This document shows, one piece after another, positions 19,118 to 28,121 of a stretch of 57,342 bases of DNA. The notes below the pieces were generated by a model. That model was not told the DNA's origin, searched no databases, and saw only the letters and a list, made by a program, of their open reading frames with translations. Each line of letters starts with the position of its first letter. Position 1 is the first letter of the stretch. Source of the stretch: Verrucomicrobiales bacterium (GTDB taxonomy: Bacteria; Verrucomicrobiota; Verrucomicrobiia; Verrucomicrobiales; V1-33); contig JAYVOP010000235.1 of NCBI GenBank assembly GCA_043757865.1, forward strand, positions 1 through 57,342, read 5' to 3'. A program made the position numbers and the translations under genes.

Positions 19118-19990
19118 CTACATCTCCAGCATCGAGAAAAACAGTCCCGTAGGATCACAGAAAAACGTCCGCATGTAGAGCCCGAAGGTGAATTCTATTT
19201 TCTCCAACGTGTCCGGCAAAATGTTATGCGTTAGCGCAGCCTTGCTATAGCTTTGATACCTGGGGTTCAGGTATCCGGGGAACTGCACCTCCCCCACAGG
19301 AAGGGGCTCCGCACGCCAAGGAGCGGGGCCATCTTGGCCCCCTGGATTTGTAATCTGGGGGCCAGGATGGCCCCCCTCCTTGGTGTGCCTCATTAACAAG
19401 GCATTCCAACTCGCTTGGTCCCGGAATCCAGAATCCCGCAGCGGATCGCTTTCATCTATATCCCGCCAACGCTCCATCACCTCATGGAATACCGCCCCAC
19501 GCACGGCTATGGTGCCACTATTGGCTCCCGTCCGCGCCCCAGCCAGCGCCATTTCTTCATCCGTTAGGTAGGCATTGAAACTCTTCCCATTGGCAGGCTT
19601 CCCGCGCTCTGGCTGGTAACGGATGTCCCAGTCACCTTCCAGCAAATGATCTATGTTCCGCAGCGCCAGCGAATCACAATCCAGGAAAAGGATTTTATCA
19701 TACTGCTCCGGGTTCTCTATCAACTCCGCCACCCGGTATTTCCAACACCACGCCTCCTCCGCCCCATCCTGCCCGGTCATCGGCGGCGTCTCCAGATACA
19801 CCTCCTCCAGCCCCTTCCGCTCCACCATAAATAAAGGCATCGGCGTATTCCGAAACACCACCACATCCCCCGTAAAAAACGTCCGCATCAACGACGACGC
19901 CAACATCTTCCCCAGGAACCGATACCCCCCACTCTCAAGAGAATCGAAGGCAATGGTGTAGATCAGATTTTTCTTTGGATGGCGGGGCAT
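19118..19990 (-). CDS. putative GT-A fold glycosyltransferase (GT8/nucleotide-diphospho-sugar transferase-like)
   Basis: KILFLDCDSLALRNIDHL (DxD motif), NSG motif and DQASWNALL motif in GT8-like order. Confidence 0.6.
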   Translation of the reverse strand: MPRHPKKNLIYTIAFDSLESGGYRFLGKMLASSLMRTFFTGDVVVFRNTPMPLFMVERKGLEEVYLETPPMTGQDGAEEAWCWKYRVAELIENPEQYDKILFLDCDSLALRNIDHLLEGDWDIRYQPERGKPANGKSFNAYLTDEEMALAGARTGANSGTIAVRGAVFHEVMERWRDIDESDPLRDSGFRDQASWNALLMRHTKEGGHPGPQITNPGGQDGPAPWRAEPLPVGEVQFPGYLNPRYQSYSKAALTHNILPDTLEKIEFTFGLYMRTFFCDPTGLFFSMLEM

Positions 19991-20088
19991 GGAGGAGAAG
20001 TGTAAGTGGTTAGTGAGAAGAGAAGAGAAGAGAGGGAGTTGAGATGTCTAGTCACTGGTAACTAGCCACTTTTACTTTTAGAAAAAAC

Positions 20089-20117
20089 TTGACGTTAGGA
20101 TGTGTTTTTGCTAATCT
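20089..20117 (+). promoter_or_regulatory. candidate sigma70 promoter with extended -10
   Basis: TTGACG (20089-20094), 17-nt spacer, TG-c-TAATCT (20112-20117), with an AT-rich upstream tract. ATG at 20126. Confidence 0.55.
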
Positions 20118-20286
20118 GGATTTCTATGAAACCTAGCTACCATAAACACCAAAGAGGGGAGGAGCTGTCAAGACCTCCATAACTATATTTTTCAAAATAA
20201 CCTCCCAGAGCCAACGCTTTGGAATTCACAACTGGGAAGGAGGCAATTTTTGGGTAAGGTGGGTAAGTGTTGGCGCGGCTATTGTC

Positions 20287-20667
20287 ATGAATGCGCTGAA
20301 ATTGGATGTTGTGGCAAGCGATAGCGATTCAGGGGAAACTGCTATTATTTGGGAGAGATTTAAGTTCGACATTCAAACATCTTTCGAGACAGACCCCGTT
20401 TACGGAAGTATTCAGGATGCGAACACCGCTTTGATGGACGCTTTGTCAGATATGTCCGTATTGCCAGATGGCTGCTACAAGGAAAACGATTCGGGCCAGC
20501 AAGAGATATCGGGTCTCACCCACGAAACTTCGGTCACAGCTGAGGGCGGTGGGCAGGGGGGCATTGGCGGTCCAACTCACACAGGCACAGAGGAGGATCA
20601 CGACATCAAAGCAACCATGACTCTGCAACCCGGCCTATACACGTTCACATATTATCAGGCTATTTAA
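20287..20667 (+). CDS. hypothetical acidic Ser/Thr/Gly-rich protein (possibly the 3' part of a frameshifted gene starting at 20126)
   Basis: 126-aa ORF. Its frame is open upstream to a stop at 20143-20145 with no ATG before 20287. AT-richer than flanks. Confidence 0.5.
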   Translation: MNALKLDVVASDSDSGETAIIWERFKFDIQTSFETDPVYGSIQDANTALMDALSDMSVLPDGCYKENDSGQQEISGLTHETSVTAEGGGQGGIGGPTHTGTEEDHDIKATMTLQPGLYTFTYYQAI

Positions 20668-20675
20668 GTGCTAGA

Positions 20676-21686
20676 ATGAAATGGCACCTCTTTTTTACCT
20701 TACTATGCATTTCCATCATTGGAACTGCCAGTTTATGGCAGGGGCGCCACTCTGGTGCTGGGTCTTCGGGGCTAACTGCTCAACGTGACAAGATTGATAT
20801 AGATGCGATTGGGGCAGTCGCCCCACCGCCGGAACGAACCGCGACCGTTTCTAGCCCGTCCGACCCAGCGCCAGATCCTATTCGAGGAAAATTGTTAAGT
20901 CCAGCAAAGGCAGGGGATGCCGCTTTCCAGCTGGGATTGGATACCAATTCCTCCAGGCTTGCAGAAAACCTCTCAAAACTGGCTACGCTGATCGAAGGAC
21001 AGTCTATACAGCAAACTGTTTGGAAGAATTTTGAAGCAGGCCTCCGCAAATCAGGATCTTGGGAGGAAATTGTATCAAATTATTCTACATTATCTAACGA
21101 TGATGTTTCATCATTGTCTAAGCTGACAATGAACAGCGGCCGGGATCTTTGGTCCGAAATTGCATACGCTGTTATCTCTTGTGCGCCGCGAGATAAACTG
21201 GATCAATTACAAGGAAATATTGATAAGATCAAAAATCCTACTACGAAGCTAGCCTTTGAGGCTGCACATCTTGCGAGGGCAATGTTAAATATTCAACCGG
21301 CCGAACGAGTGGAGAAGTTGAAAGATGTTCCAGCAGAACAACGTGGATTCGTTGAGGCAAGATTATTAACAGAAGTGGCCATAACCGACCCCGCTATTGC
21401 TGCAAAATATTTCTTGTCAGAAAACTGTTCCTGCACCCCCAACAAACTTTTAACCTACCATTTACTCACCAGTTGGGTAAACAAGGATCCTGAGGCAGCC
21501 TCTATCGCAATCCGTGACGCTCCTCCAAGCCCAAGAAAAAACTATGCAATCGCTAATTTGGTAAAAAATATCTGTCGGAATGATTCTACTTCCGCCGATA
21601 TTTGGCTCGCTGAAATAAGCGACAAAATACTTCAAAATGAGTGCGCCGAGTACCTAAGAAAATATGGGCAAAAACCAATCCAGTAG
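20676..21686 (+). CDS. hypothetical secreted/membrane-anchored alpha-helical repeat protein
   Basis: N-terminal hydrophobic segment, Pro/Ser linker, then helical repeats TDPAIAAKY, W.NKDPEAAS.AI and DS.SA..WL..I.D, a pattern frequent in verrucomicrobial hypotheticals. Confidence 0.7.
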   Translation: MKWHLFFTLLCISIIGTASLWQGRHSGAGSSGLTAQRDKIDIDAIGAVAPPPERTATVSSPSDPAPDPIRGKLLSPAKAGDAAFQLGLDTNSSRLAENLSKLATLIEGQSIQQTVWKNFEAGLRKSGSWEEIVSNYSTLSNDDVSSLSKLTMNSGRDLWSEIAYAVISCAPRDKLDQLQGNIDKIKNPTTKLAFEAAHLARAMLNIQPAERVEKLKDVPAEQRGFVEARLLTEVAITDPAIAAKYFLSENCSCTPNKLLTYHLLTSWVNKDPEAASIAIRDAPPSPRKNYAIANLVKNICRNDSTSADIWLAEISDKILQNECAEYLRKYGQKPIQ

Positions 21687-21704
21687 CATGAATAACGTTT
21701 CAAA

Positions 21705-22456
21705 ATGCTCTCAAATAAAATCTCTGCGTATTGCTTAAATTTAGGCCGAAGACCAGATCGTCGGCTACAGGCGTGGCAACAATTCCGCCGTGAAAGGCTG
21801 AAGGTAGCACGAGTGCCTGCGTTTGATGTTTTGGGGATTTCCGACGAACGCGGCTGGAGAAACAAGGGTGCCCGTGCTTGCGCAGTGTCACATCAGTTAG
21901 CATGGCGAAAGGCTAGACAAGAGCAGGCTGATTCCGTGGTCGTTTTGAAGATGATGTCGTCTTGGCAGGCAATTTTGGTGAGGTGTTCCGACATTTGGAA
22001 TTACCAAAGGACTGGATGCTCTGCTATTTAGGATGTGTCCTCCGCACGGTTCCCACTCTAATCTCGCCTGGTATAGTTCGGGTGGATGGCCCCACGTGGG
22101 ACATGCATGGTTACATGATCCGCCGTCCACTCTGGGAGGCTGTGCGCAGGGATCTACGCAAGGTAAGTAGCCCCAAGTTCGTCCCGGAAAGACGTGAGGA
22201 TTCTGCAATCGACGTGATTCTGGCAAAGTACCATGGCCAGTTCCCCACTTACGCAGTCTGGCCCCCATTGGCTTGGCAATGCGAAGGGTTTTCCAATAAC
22301 GAAAATAACGTTCGTTGTAACTATTTTCCCAACGGAAGGCAGCGAGTGATACCTGAGGTGGCCCGCGAACTAGACCGCCTGACGGGGTTAGCTCCAACCG
22401 CAGTGGAGACACCGCCGATGCCTTTGTTCTCCGAAATCCAGTCATCTGATGCATGA
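21705..22456 (+). pseudogene. glycosyltransferase family 25 (LPS/LOS biosynthesis type), split by a 1-nt deletion
   Basis: 5' ORF has YCLNL.RRPDR...G..AC..SH...W. Adding one T to the T4 run at 21943-21946 restores VVVF-EDDVVL (GT25 EDD motif) and fuses it to ORF 21962-22456 (W...YLG...HGY...DV). Confidence 0.8.
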
Positions 22457-23320
22457 TATGAGTGACCGCGGCATCCTCATCTCACCATTCAGCTATGCCT
22501 CAGAGCAGATGGCTTATGGGATGGTCAAAAGCCTGCGGCGTTTCAACGCAGATCTGCCTGTGTTAGTATTGTCTCAAGGCTATCTCTGTGGATTGCCTTG
22601 GAAGGGGCTGGCAAAGGTGAAGGCAGTGCGGGAGTATGCGGCCCACAGATCAGATGAGAGTTGGATGAATAAGCTGGCAGCCCTGTCTCAAAGCCCATTT
22701 GGCGAAACACTCTATTTGGATTGTGACATTGTTATGCTGAGTGACCCCGCTTGGTGGTTCGACTATTTAGCTACGGATGATTTTACCTTCTTCAACCTTC
22801 ACAACCACCCAGATGAGATCCCCGATGGGATGCGGTATAACTTGGTGAACCCGCATCGAATGAGAGAGCGGCTGGGGGCAGAATATTCTACCATCATTGA
22901 CGGTGGTGGACATTTTTACTATCGCCAAACGCTGCGGGGACAGCGCCTGCTGAAAGGCGTAGGCCAAATTCTCCAGGAGGCGCTGGACCAGAGGGAACGG
23001 TCCCTTTACCACTGGATAGCTGGTTCTGGGAACATCCCGGGATCTGATGAACTAGCTGCTAGCATTCTAGTGGCTCAGGAGAATGTGCAGATGCCAGCGC
23101 CCTTGACTCGCCCCCAGCAAGCCATCGGCGTTTTTATGCCTCCTATCAGCACTCGGCACAAATGGAGCTAGCTGACGGACGTGCCACTTACTACGATGAA
23201 TGGTGCCAGAACTGGGTCAGCCCAGGAGCGGTGCATTTCTGCCATGTGGGCAAACAGTATGGAGCTTATCAATCCTTCATCCAGCAAGCCTGCAAAAGGG
23301 ATCGCTCTCCATCCGCATAG
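22449..23320 (+). pseudogene. putative GT-A fold glycosyltransferase, apparently frameshifted near 23131-23143
   Basis: ETLYLDCDIVML (DxD motif). The called ORF stops at 23171, but the -1 frame from 23141 reads SYQHSAQMELADGRATYYDEWCQNWVSPGAVHFCHVGKQYGAYQSFIQQACKRDRSPSA* to 23320, including a GT-like C-terminal VHF.H motif. Confidence 0.6.
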
Positions 23321-23386
23321 ATAGCCAAGGCCAGCAGCGGGGCGGCTTTGTCGGTTTGGGAGCAAATGACCTCGTGGCAGTGCCTC

Positions 23387-23414
23387 TTGACGCTGCGGGC
23401 GGGGCTCGCATACT
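23387..23414 (+). promoter_or_regulatory. candidate sigma70 promoter of purEK
   Basis: TTGACG-16 nt-CATACT, 39 nt upstream of the purE ATG. Confidence 0.45.
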
Positions 23415-23453
23415 GCGGCTCACTTTTTCACCCACCCCACCATTTCATAAACT

Positions 23454-23945
23454 ATGACCCCACACGTCGGCATCATCATGGGCAGCATCTCAGATTGGGA
23501 AACCATGCAGCACGCGGCGGCCCTCCTGACAGAATTTGGCGTACCGCATGAGACTAAGGTCGTCAGTGCGCATCGCACGCCGGACCTCATGGCGGAGTAT
23601 GCCAAGAGTGCGGCTGGGCGCGGGCTGCGGTGCATCATCGCAGGAGCTGGCGGGGCCGCGCATTTGCCCGGCATGACCGCGGCATTTACCACCTTGCCCG
23701 TGTTAGGGGTGCCCGTGCAGAGTCAGGCGCTGAGCGGAGTGGATTCCCTGCACAGCATCGTGCAGATGCCAGCGGGGATCCCGGTGGCTACGTTTGCCAT
23801 TGGCAAGGCCGGGGCCATCAATGCGGCGTTATTTGCGGTGGCTCAATTAGCCGTTAGCGATGCCGCCCTAGCCGAGCAACTCCACGCCTTCCGTGCCCGC
23901 CAATCCGCCGCCGTCCTGGCCACCCAAGCCCAACTCCCATGCTAA
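23454..23945 (+). CDS. purE: N5-carboxyaminoimidazole ribonucleotide mutase
   Basis: [46 protein letters not shown] and A.NAAL.A motifs. Confidence 0.98.
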   Translation: MTPHVGIIMGSISDWETMQHAAALLTEFGVPHETKVVSAHRTPDLMAEYAKSAAGRGLRCIIAGAGGAAHLPGMTAAFTTLPVLGVPVQSQALSGVDSLHSIVQMPAGIPVATFAIGKAGAINAALFAVAQLAVSDAALAEQLHAFRARQSAAVLATQAQLPC

Positions 23946-25123
23946 ACCCCGGCCAGACTCTCGGCATCATCGGCGGTGGCCAACTCGGTCGCATGTTGAC
24001 GCGCGAAGCCCGACGAAATGGCTATCGCGTGGTGATTTTTACTGATGAATATCCGCCCTGCCCGGCGGGACAACTAGCGGATATAGAAATCAACGCGCCT
24101 TATTATGATCCTGAGGCCACCGCGAATTTCATCAGCCAAGTGGACGTGGTGACGATGGAGTTTGAGAACATCCCCGCCGCCTTTCTCCAAGCCGTGGAGC
24201 AGCGCAGAGCGATCTTTCCACCGCCCGCCGCGCTGACTATCACGCAGAATCGGGAGCGGGAGAAAGGCTTTTTAAAGGAGCACGGCATCGCCCATGCGGC
24301 ATTCCGCGTGGTGGCTAATGCAGAGGAGTTAGCCACGGGCGTGGCCGCGCTGGGCACGCCGTGTGTGCTGAAGACCGCCGCCTTCGGCTATGATGGTAAA
24401 GGCCAAGTGAAGCTAGCGGGTGGGGAAAATTTGCAAGAAGTATGGGGTGCCTTTGGCGCGCCCCGTGGCGTGCTAGAGCAGTGGGTGGACTTTGCCATGG
24501 AGATCTCCGTGATCGGCGTGCGGGATCAGCGCGGCCAGTTTGCGGCGTTTCCGCCAGGGGAAAATATCCATCATCAGCACATCTTGGATGTCACCATCGC
24601 CCCCGCACGCATCAGCGCGGAATTGCAGGCGGAGGCCATCGCGCTAGCGGGACAAGTAGCCGCAGCGTTGCAATATGTGGGCACGTTAGGCGTGGAACTC
24701 TTCGTCACCCGGGAAGGGAAACTGATCGTCAACGAGATCGCCCCGCGCCCGCATAACTCCGGGCATCACACCATTGATGCCTGTGACTGCAATCAGTTTG
24801 AGCAACAATTGCGCGCCATTTCCGGCCTGGACGTGGGCAGCACCCGCCAGCATACGCCCGCCGTGATGGTGAACCTGCTAGGCAATGTGTGGTATGGCGA
24901 AACCACCGCGCCAGACTGGTCCCCCGTGCTGAATCATCCCCGCGCCAAGCTGCATCTCTATGGGAAACGCCGCGCGCTGCCCAAGCGGAAAATGGGACAT
25001 TTCACCGTGTTAGGAGAAACCGTAGCGCAAGCCCTAGCCGACGCCCGCGCCATCAAATCCCGGCTCGACACGCTGGCCGCCGCGCAGCGAGCCAAGGAGT
25101 CGGGGCCACTGGCTCCGATCTGA
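23939..25123 (+). CDS. purK: N5-carboxyaminoimidazole ribonucleotide synthase
   Basis: [50 protein letters not shown] and RKMGH motifs; overlaps purE. Confidence 0.97.
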   Translation: MLNPGQTLGIIGGGQLGRMLTREARRNGYRVVIFTDEYPPCPAGQLADIEINAPYYDPEATANFISQVDVVTMEFENIPAAFLQAVEQRRAIFPPPAALTITQNREREKGFLKEHGIAHAAFRVVANAEELATGVAALGTPCVLKTAAFGYDGKGQVKLAGGENLQEVWGAFGAPRGVLEQWVDFAMEISVIGVRDQRGQFAAFPPGENIHHQHILDVTIAPARISAELQAEAIALAGQVAAALQYVGTLGVELFVTREGKLIVNEIAPRPHNSGHHTIDACDCNQFEQQLRAISGLDVGSTRQHTPAVMVNLLGNVWYGETTAPDWSPVLNHPRAKLHLYGKRRALPKRKMGHFTVLGETVAQALADARAIKSRLDTLAAAQRAKESGPLAPI

Positions 25124-25124
25124 A

Positions 25125-26345
25125 TTGTGTGGGCGGCAACAAGATTCAGGCCAGCGGCCCCGCCTCCTTGGCACGCAGCCCGCACCTCCCGGATTTCCCA
25201 TTGTCACCCGCCCCATTGGCCGCGATATGCAGCACGTTCCCCGCCCTGCCATGAACTTTGCTCCCGCGCCCCCCGACCCTCCGTTTCGCTTCCCTCCTGA
25301 CCATGCCTTTCTCCAGCCCTTGGTGGATACGCTGCGTCTGCATCCGAAGCGGGTGGTCTTTCCTGAGGGTGCGGACGCGCGGGTGCTGCGGGTGGCGGCA
25401 GAGTTGGTGCGGCTGGAATGTGTCTCGCCCATCCTGGTGGGGAATCGACGGGAGATCACCAGACTAGCCGCTAGCATCGGTGTGAGCATGGAGTTCATTG
25501 GCGTAGTGCAGCCGGAGGACAGCAGTGATTTCCAAGCCTATTGCGAGCGGTATCGACGCACCGAACGCGTGCGCCAACGCATCATCCGCAGTCCAGAGGA
25601 GACCATCGTCATGCCCGCTTATTTCGCAGCCATGATGGTGCAGTATGGCGCGGCGGATGCCATCGTGGGGGGGAATCAGATGATCCCGGCGGCGTTCTTC
25701 CGGGCACTCTTTCACCTCATCAAACGCCAGCCCCATTTAGATAGTGTCACCAGTTGCCTGCCCGTGCGGCTTACCCAGCGGCCAGACCTGGGAAATGGTG
25801 GCGTGCTGTTTCTGGCAGACTGTGCCGTGATCCCCACCCCCACCGTGGGGCAGTTAGCAGACATTGCCGTAGAAACGGCCAAGGTGGCGGGCCCGCTGCT
25901 GCAAGACCGCCCGCGCGTGGCCATGCTCAGCTTCTCCACCAAAGGCTCCGCGCGCACGCTCTCCACAGATAAAATGCAGGCCGCTACCCAGATGGCGCGG
26001 CTGCGTGCTAGCCAACAACTGGTGGCCATGGACGTGGATGGGGAGTTGCAGTTAGATGCCGCCATCGCCCCCAGTGCCGCTGCACGGAAATCTCCCCAAA
26101 GCTTGGTGGCAGGCCGCGCGAATGTACTCGTCTTTCCTGATCTCAATGCCAGCCACATTGCTAGCAAGATGCTGCAACACATCTGCGCTGCGGAGACCTA
26201 CGGCCAACTCCTGCTAGGACTCGCCCGCCCCGCCGCCCACGTCTCCCGTGTGGCAGAGGAAATGACCCTCTTTGGCGCAGCCGTCTGTGCCGCCTACCAA
26301 GCCGTCTCCTACCGGGAAATGATCCTACGGGAAGACTGGGACTGA
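25125..26345 (+). CDS. phosphate acetyltransferase/butaryltransferase family protein (divergent Pta-like)
   Basis: KRVVFPEG.D.RVL.AA, YFAAMMV..G.ADA, LFLADCAV.P.PT..QLADIA, PRVAMLSFSTKGSA, DGELQLDAA and AGRANVLVFPDL motifs. True start is probably 25227 or 25251. Confidence 0.85.
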   Translation: MCGRQQDSGQRPRLLGTQPAPPGFPIVTRPIGRDMQHVPRPAMNFAPAPPDPPFRFPPDHAFLQPLVDTLRLHPKRVVFPEGADARVLRVAAELVRLECVSPILVGNRREITRLAASIGVSMEFIGVVQPEDSSDFQAYCERYRRTERVRQRIIRSPEETIVMPAYFAAMMVQYGAADAIVGGNQMIPAAFFRALFHLIKRQPHLDSVTSCLPVRLTQRPDLGNGGVLFLADCAVIPTPTVGQLADIAVETAKVAGPLLQDRPRVAMLSFSTKGSARTLSTDKMQAATQMARLRASQQLVAMDVDGELQLDAAIAPSAAARKSPQSLVAGRANVLVFPDLNASHIASKMLQHICAAETYGQLLLGLARPAAHVSRVAEEMTLFGAAVCAAYQAVSYREMILREDWD

Positions 26346-26412
26346 GCCCACGCCAAGCTACCGATGCGGGAGGGGCTTCCGCCCAGGGCTTTCCAGAACT
26401 CATGCGGGCAGG

Positions 26413-27642
26413 TTGTTTTTCAAAAATATTTCACTGGAATTAATATTTTTTAAAGCAATAGTATCGGCTCTGATGTCCCACGCTGTTACCCACGCCACTT
26501 CTACGACTACCATCGAGTTCGACTGCCAATCCTGCGCAAGCACGTTGGAGGTGCCATTGTCCTATCTGGGGGTCCGTGGCCCGTGCCCCTATTGTGGCGG
26601 GGAGGCCACGGCTCCCACTATGGACGCCTGGATAGCTGGATTGGATGGCGGACCAGCCATGGAGTTGAAAACCCGGCGGGTCACAAAGAAGAAACGCCCG
26701 CCCACCGCAGCCCCGCCGCAGCCACAGAGCGGAATGCTAAACTCGGACCCGCTTTCCCCGGACCGCATGGAAAGCCACCTGCAACGAATCAAGGATCGTT
26801 TTCGCCGCACGCGGATTCCCCGCATTGATGATTCTGGCCCCAGTCTGCCGCAGCTCTTGGGCTGGGCCACGGTGGCGCTGACGTTAGTGGCCACTGGATT
26901 TGGCTTAGCAGTGGCCTTCTACACCGTGCCGCTGAAACCACCACCACGGCAGATTGCGGTGCCTCTGGACCTCACGGTGCAAGTGGCCATGGAAAAACAG
27001 CATCAAGCCAAACTCCAGGCCCAGGCCCAGCACGATGCGCTGGATGCCGTGGCGCAGTTCTTCCACTCCGGCTCGAATACGGGCGGGCAGTTAGGAATGT
27101 ATTCCGCCAGTGGCAAAACGGAGAGCTTAGAGGCCAATCTTTTCCCCGCCGTGGAGCGGGATCTATTGACAGCTAGTAGCTGCACCCGCCGGCCCGGCAC
27201 TACGGAGTATTTAGTCACTGTGGAACCAGCGGATCAACGCGGCCCAGTCTTCATCGTAGAGCAACAACAAGGGAAGCTCCTGCTCCATGCCGATGCCTTG
27301 AAACAACAAGCTCAAGACACGCTCAATGCCTTCCTCAGCACGCCGGGAGAGGCCTCGATCATTGCCTACGTCATGGCCCAGCCATCCCACACCCAACTGC
27401 CCATCACGGGCTTGGATACGTGGCCGAAGCTGGACATCATTCCTCCATTTCCCTGTGACTCCCCTCACGAATTCATCGCCAGTGCCCACCCCGAAAGCGC
27501 CCCCGCCACGGCCATTCTGGATCGGGTGACCACGCAGCACTATACCAAGATGGTAGGCGAATTCAAATGGAGCAAGAACGCCCAGGGGCATCGCTTCGTG
27601 GAACTAGTGCGCATCATCCCTAACGCCTGGGCGAAGTTTTAG
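26413..27642 (+). CDS. hypothetical membrane protein with N-terminal zinc-ribbon
   Basis: CQSC...CPYCG at the N-terminus (probable start 26473), Pro-rich linker, one TM segment (LLGWATVALTLVATGFGLAVAFY), then an extracytoplasmic domain. Confidence 0.7.
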   Translation: MFFKNISLELIFFKAIVSALMSHAVTHATSTTTIEFDCQSCASTLEVPLSYLGVRGPCPYCGGEATAPTMDAWIAGLDGGPAMELKTRRVTKKKRPPTAAPPQPQSGMLNSDPLSPDRMESHLQRIKDRFRRTRIPRIDDSGPSLPQLLGWATVALTLVATGFGLAVAFYTVPLKPPPRQIAVPLDLTVQVAMEKQHQAKLQAQAQHDALDAVAQFFHSGSNTGGQLGMYSASGKTESLEANLFPAVERDLLTASSCTRRPGTTEYLVTVEPADQRGPVFIVEQQQGKLLLHADALKQQAQDTLNAFLSTPGEASIIAYVMAQPSHTQLPITGLDTWPKLDIIPPFPCDSPHEFIASAHPESAPATAILDRVTTQHYTKMVGEFKWSKNAQGHRFVELVRIIPNAWAKF

Positions 27643-27683
27643 GGCGTGGCCCGCAATGGGCTTATTTCTTGGGCTCGAGCTTC

Positions 27684-28099
27684 TCATCCGCGTCGTGCTC
27701 GCAAGTGCAGTTGTATTCTTGGAAATTGCACGTCGGGCATTTGTCGCGCAGCAGCCCGGCGGGCGAAGGTAAAGAAGACGGTGGGGGTGACGGCTCGACC
27801 TAACAGGGTGCTGGTGATGAGCCCCCCACGATGACGACGGCCACGGGATGGATAATTTCTTTCCCCGGTTGATCCGCCGCGAGCACGAGCGGGATCAGCC
27901 CCATGCCCGCCGAGAGCGCGGTCGTCATCCAAGGAAATGCTGGGGCACCCCATTTGGCAGCAAAGCCCGCCGCAATGGCCAAGCCGGATGCCGCCACTAG
28001 CCAACGTTGCGCTGGGGTGATCCCGGCACTGTGATCGTGACCGTCCGCATCCGTATGCGGTGCGGGCTTTGCAGAGGGTGAGCAGCAGGTGTTAGAGAT
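27684..28099 (-). pseudogene. chimeric remnant: His/Cys-rich N-terminus fused to the last ~60 codons of a CusA/CzcA gene
   Basis: MTTALSAGMGLIPLVLAADQPGKEIIHPVAVVIVGG, a frameshift, then LITSTLLGRAVTPTVFFTFARRAAA. This closely matches the C-terminus of 35184-38321. The upstream part CCSPSAKPAPHTDADGHDHSAG..RWLVAASGLAIAAG has ATC where a start codon would be expected. Confidence 0.8.
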
Positions 28100-28121
28100 A
28101 AATTTTAGTGGTGTGTAATTT

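Noticed and set aside
20015-20070. (GAGAA)3 microsatellite and flanking agtggttagt/actagccact inverted repeat as a mobile-element end
   Set aside because: Too short, with no matching element at the other island boundary.
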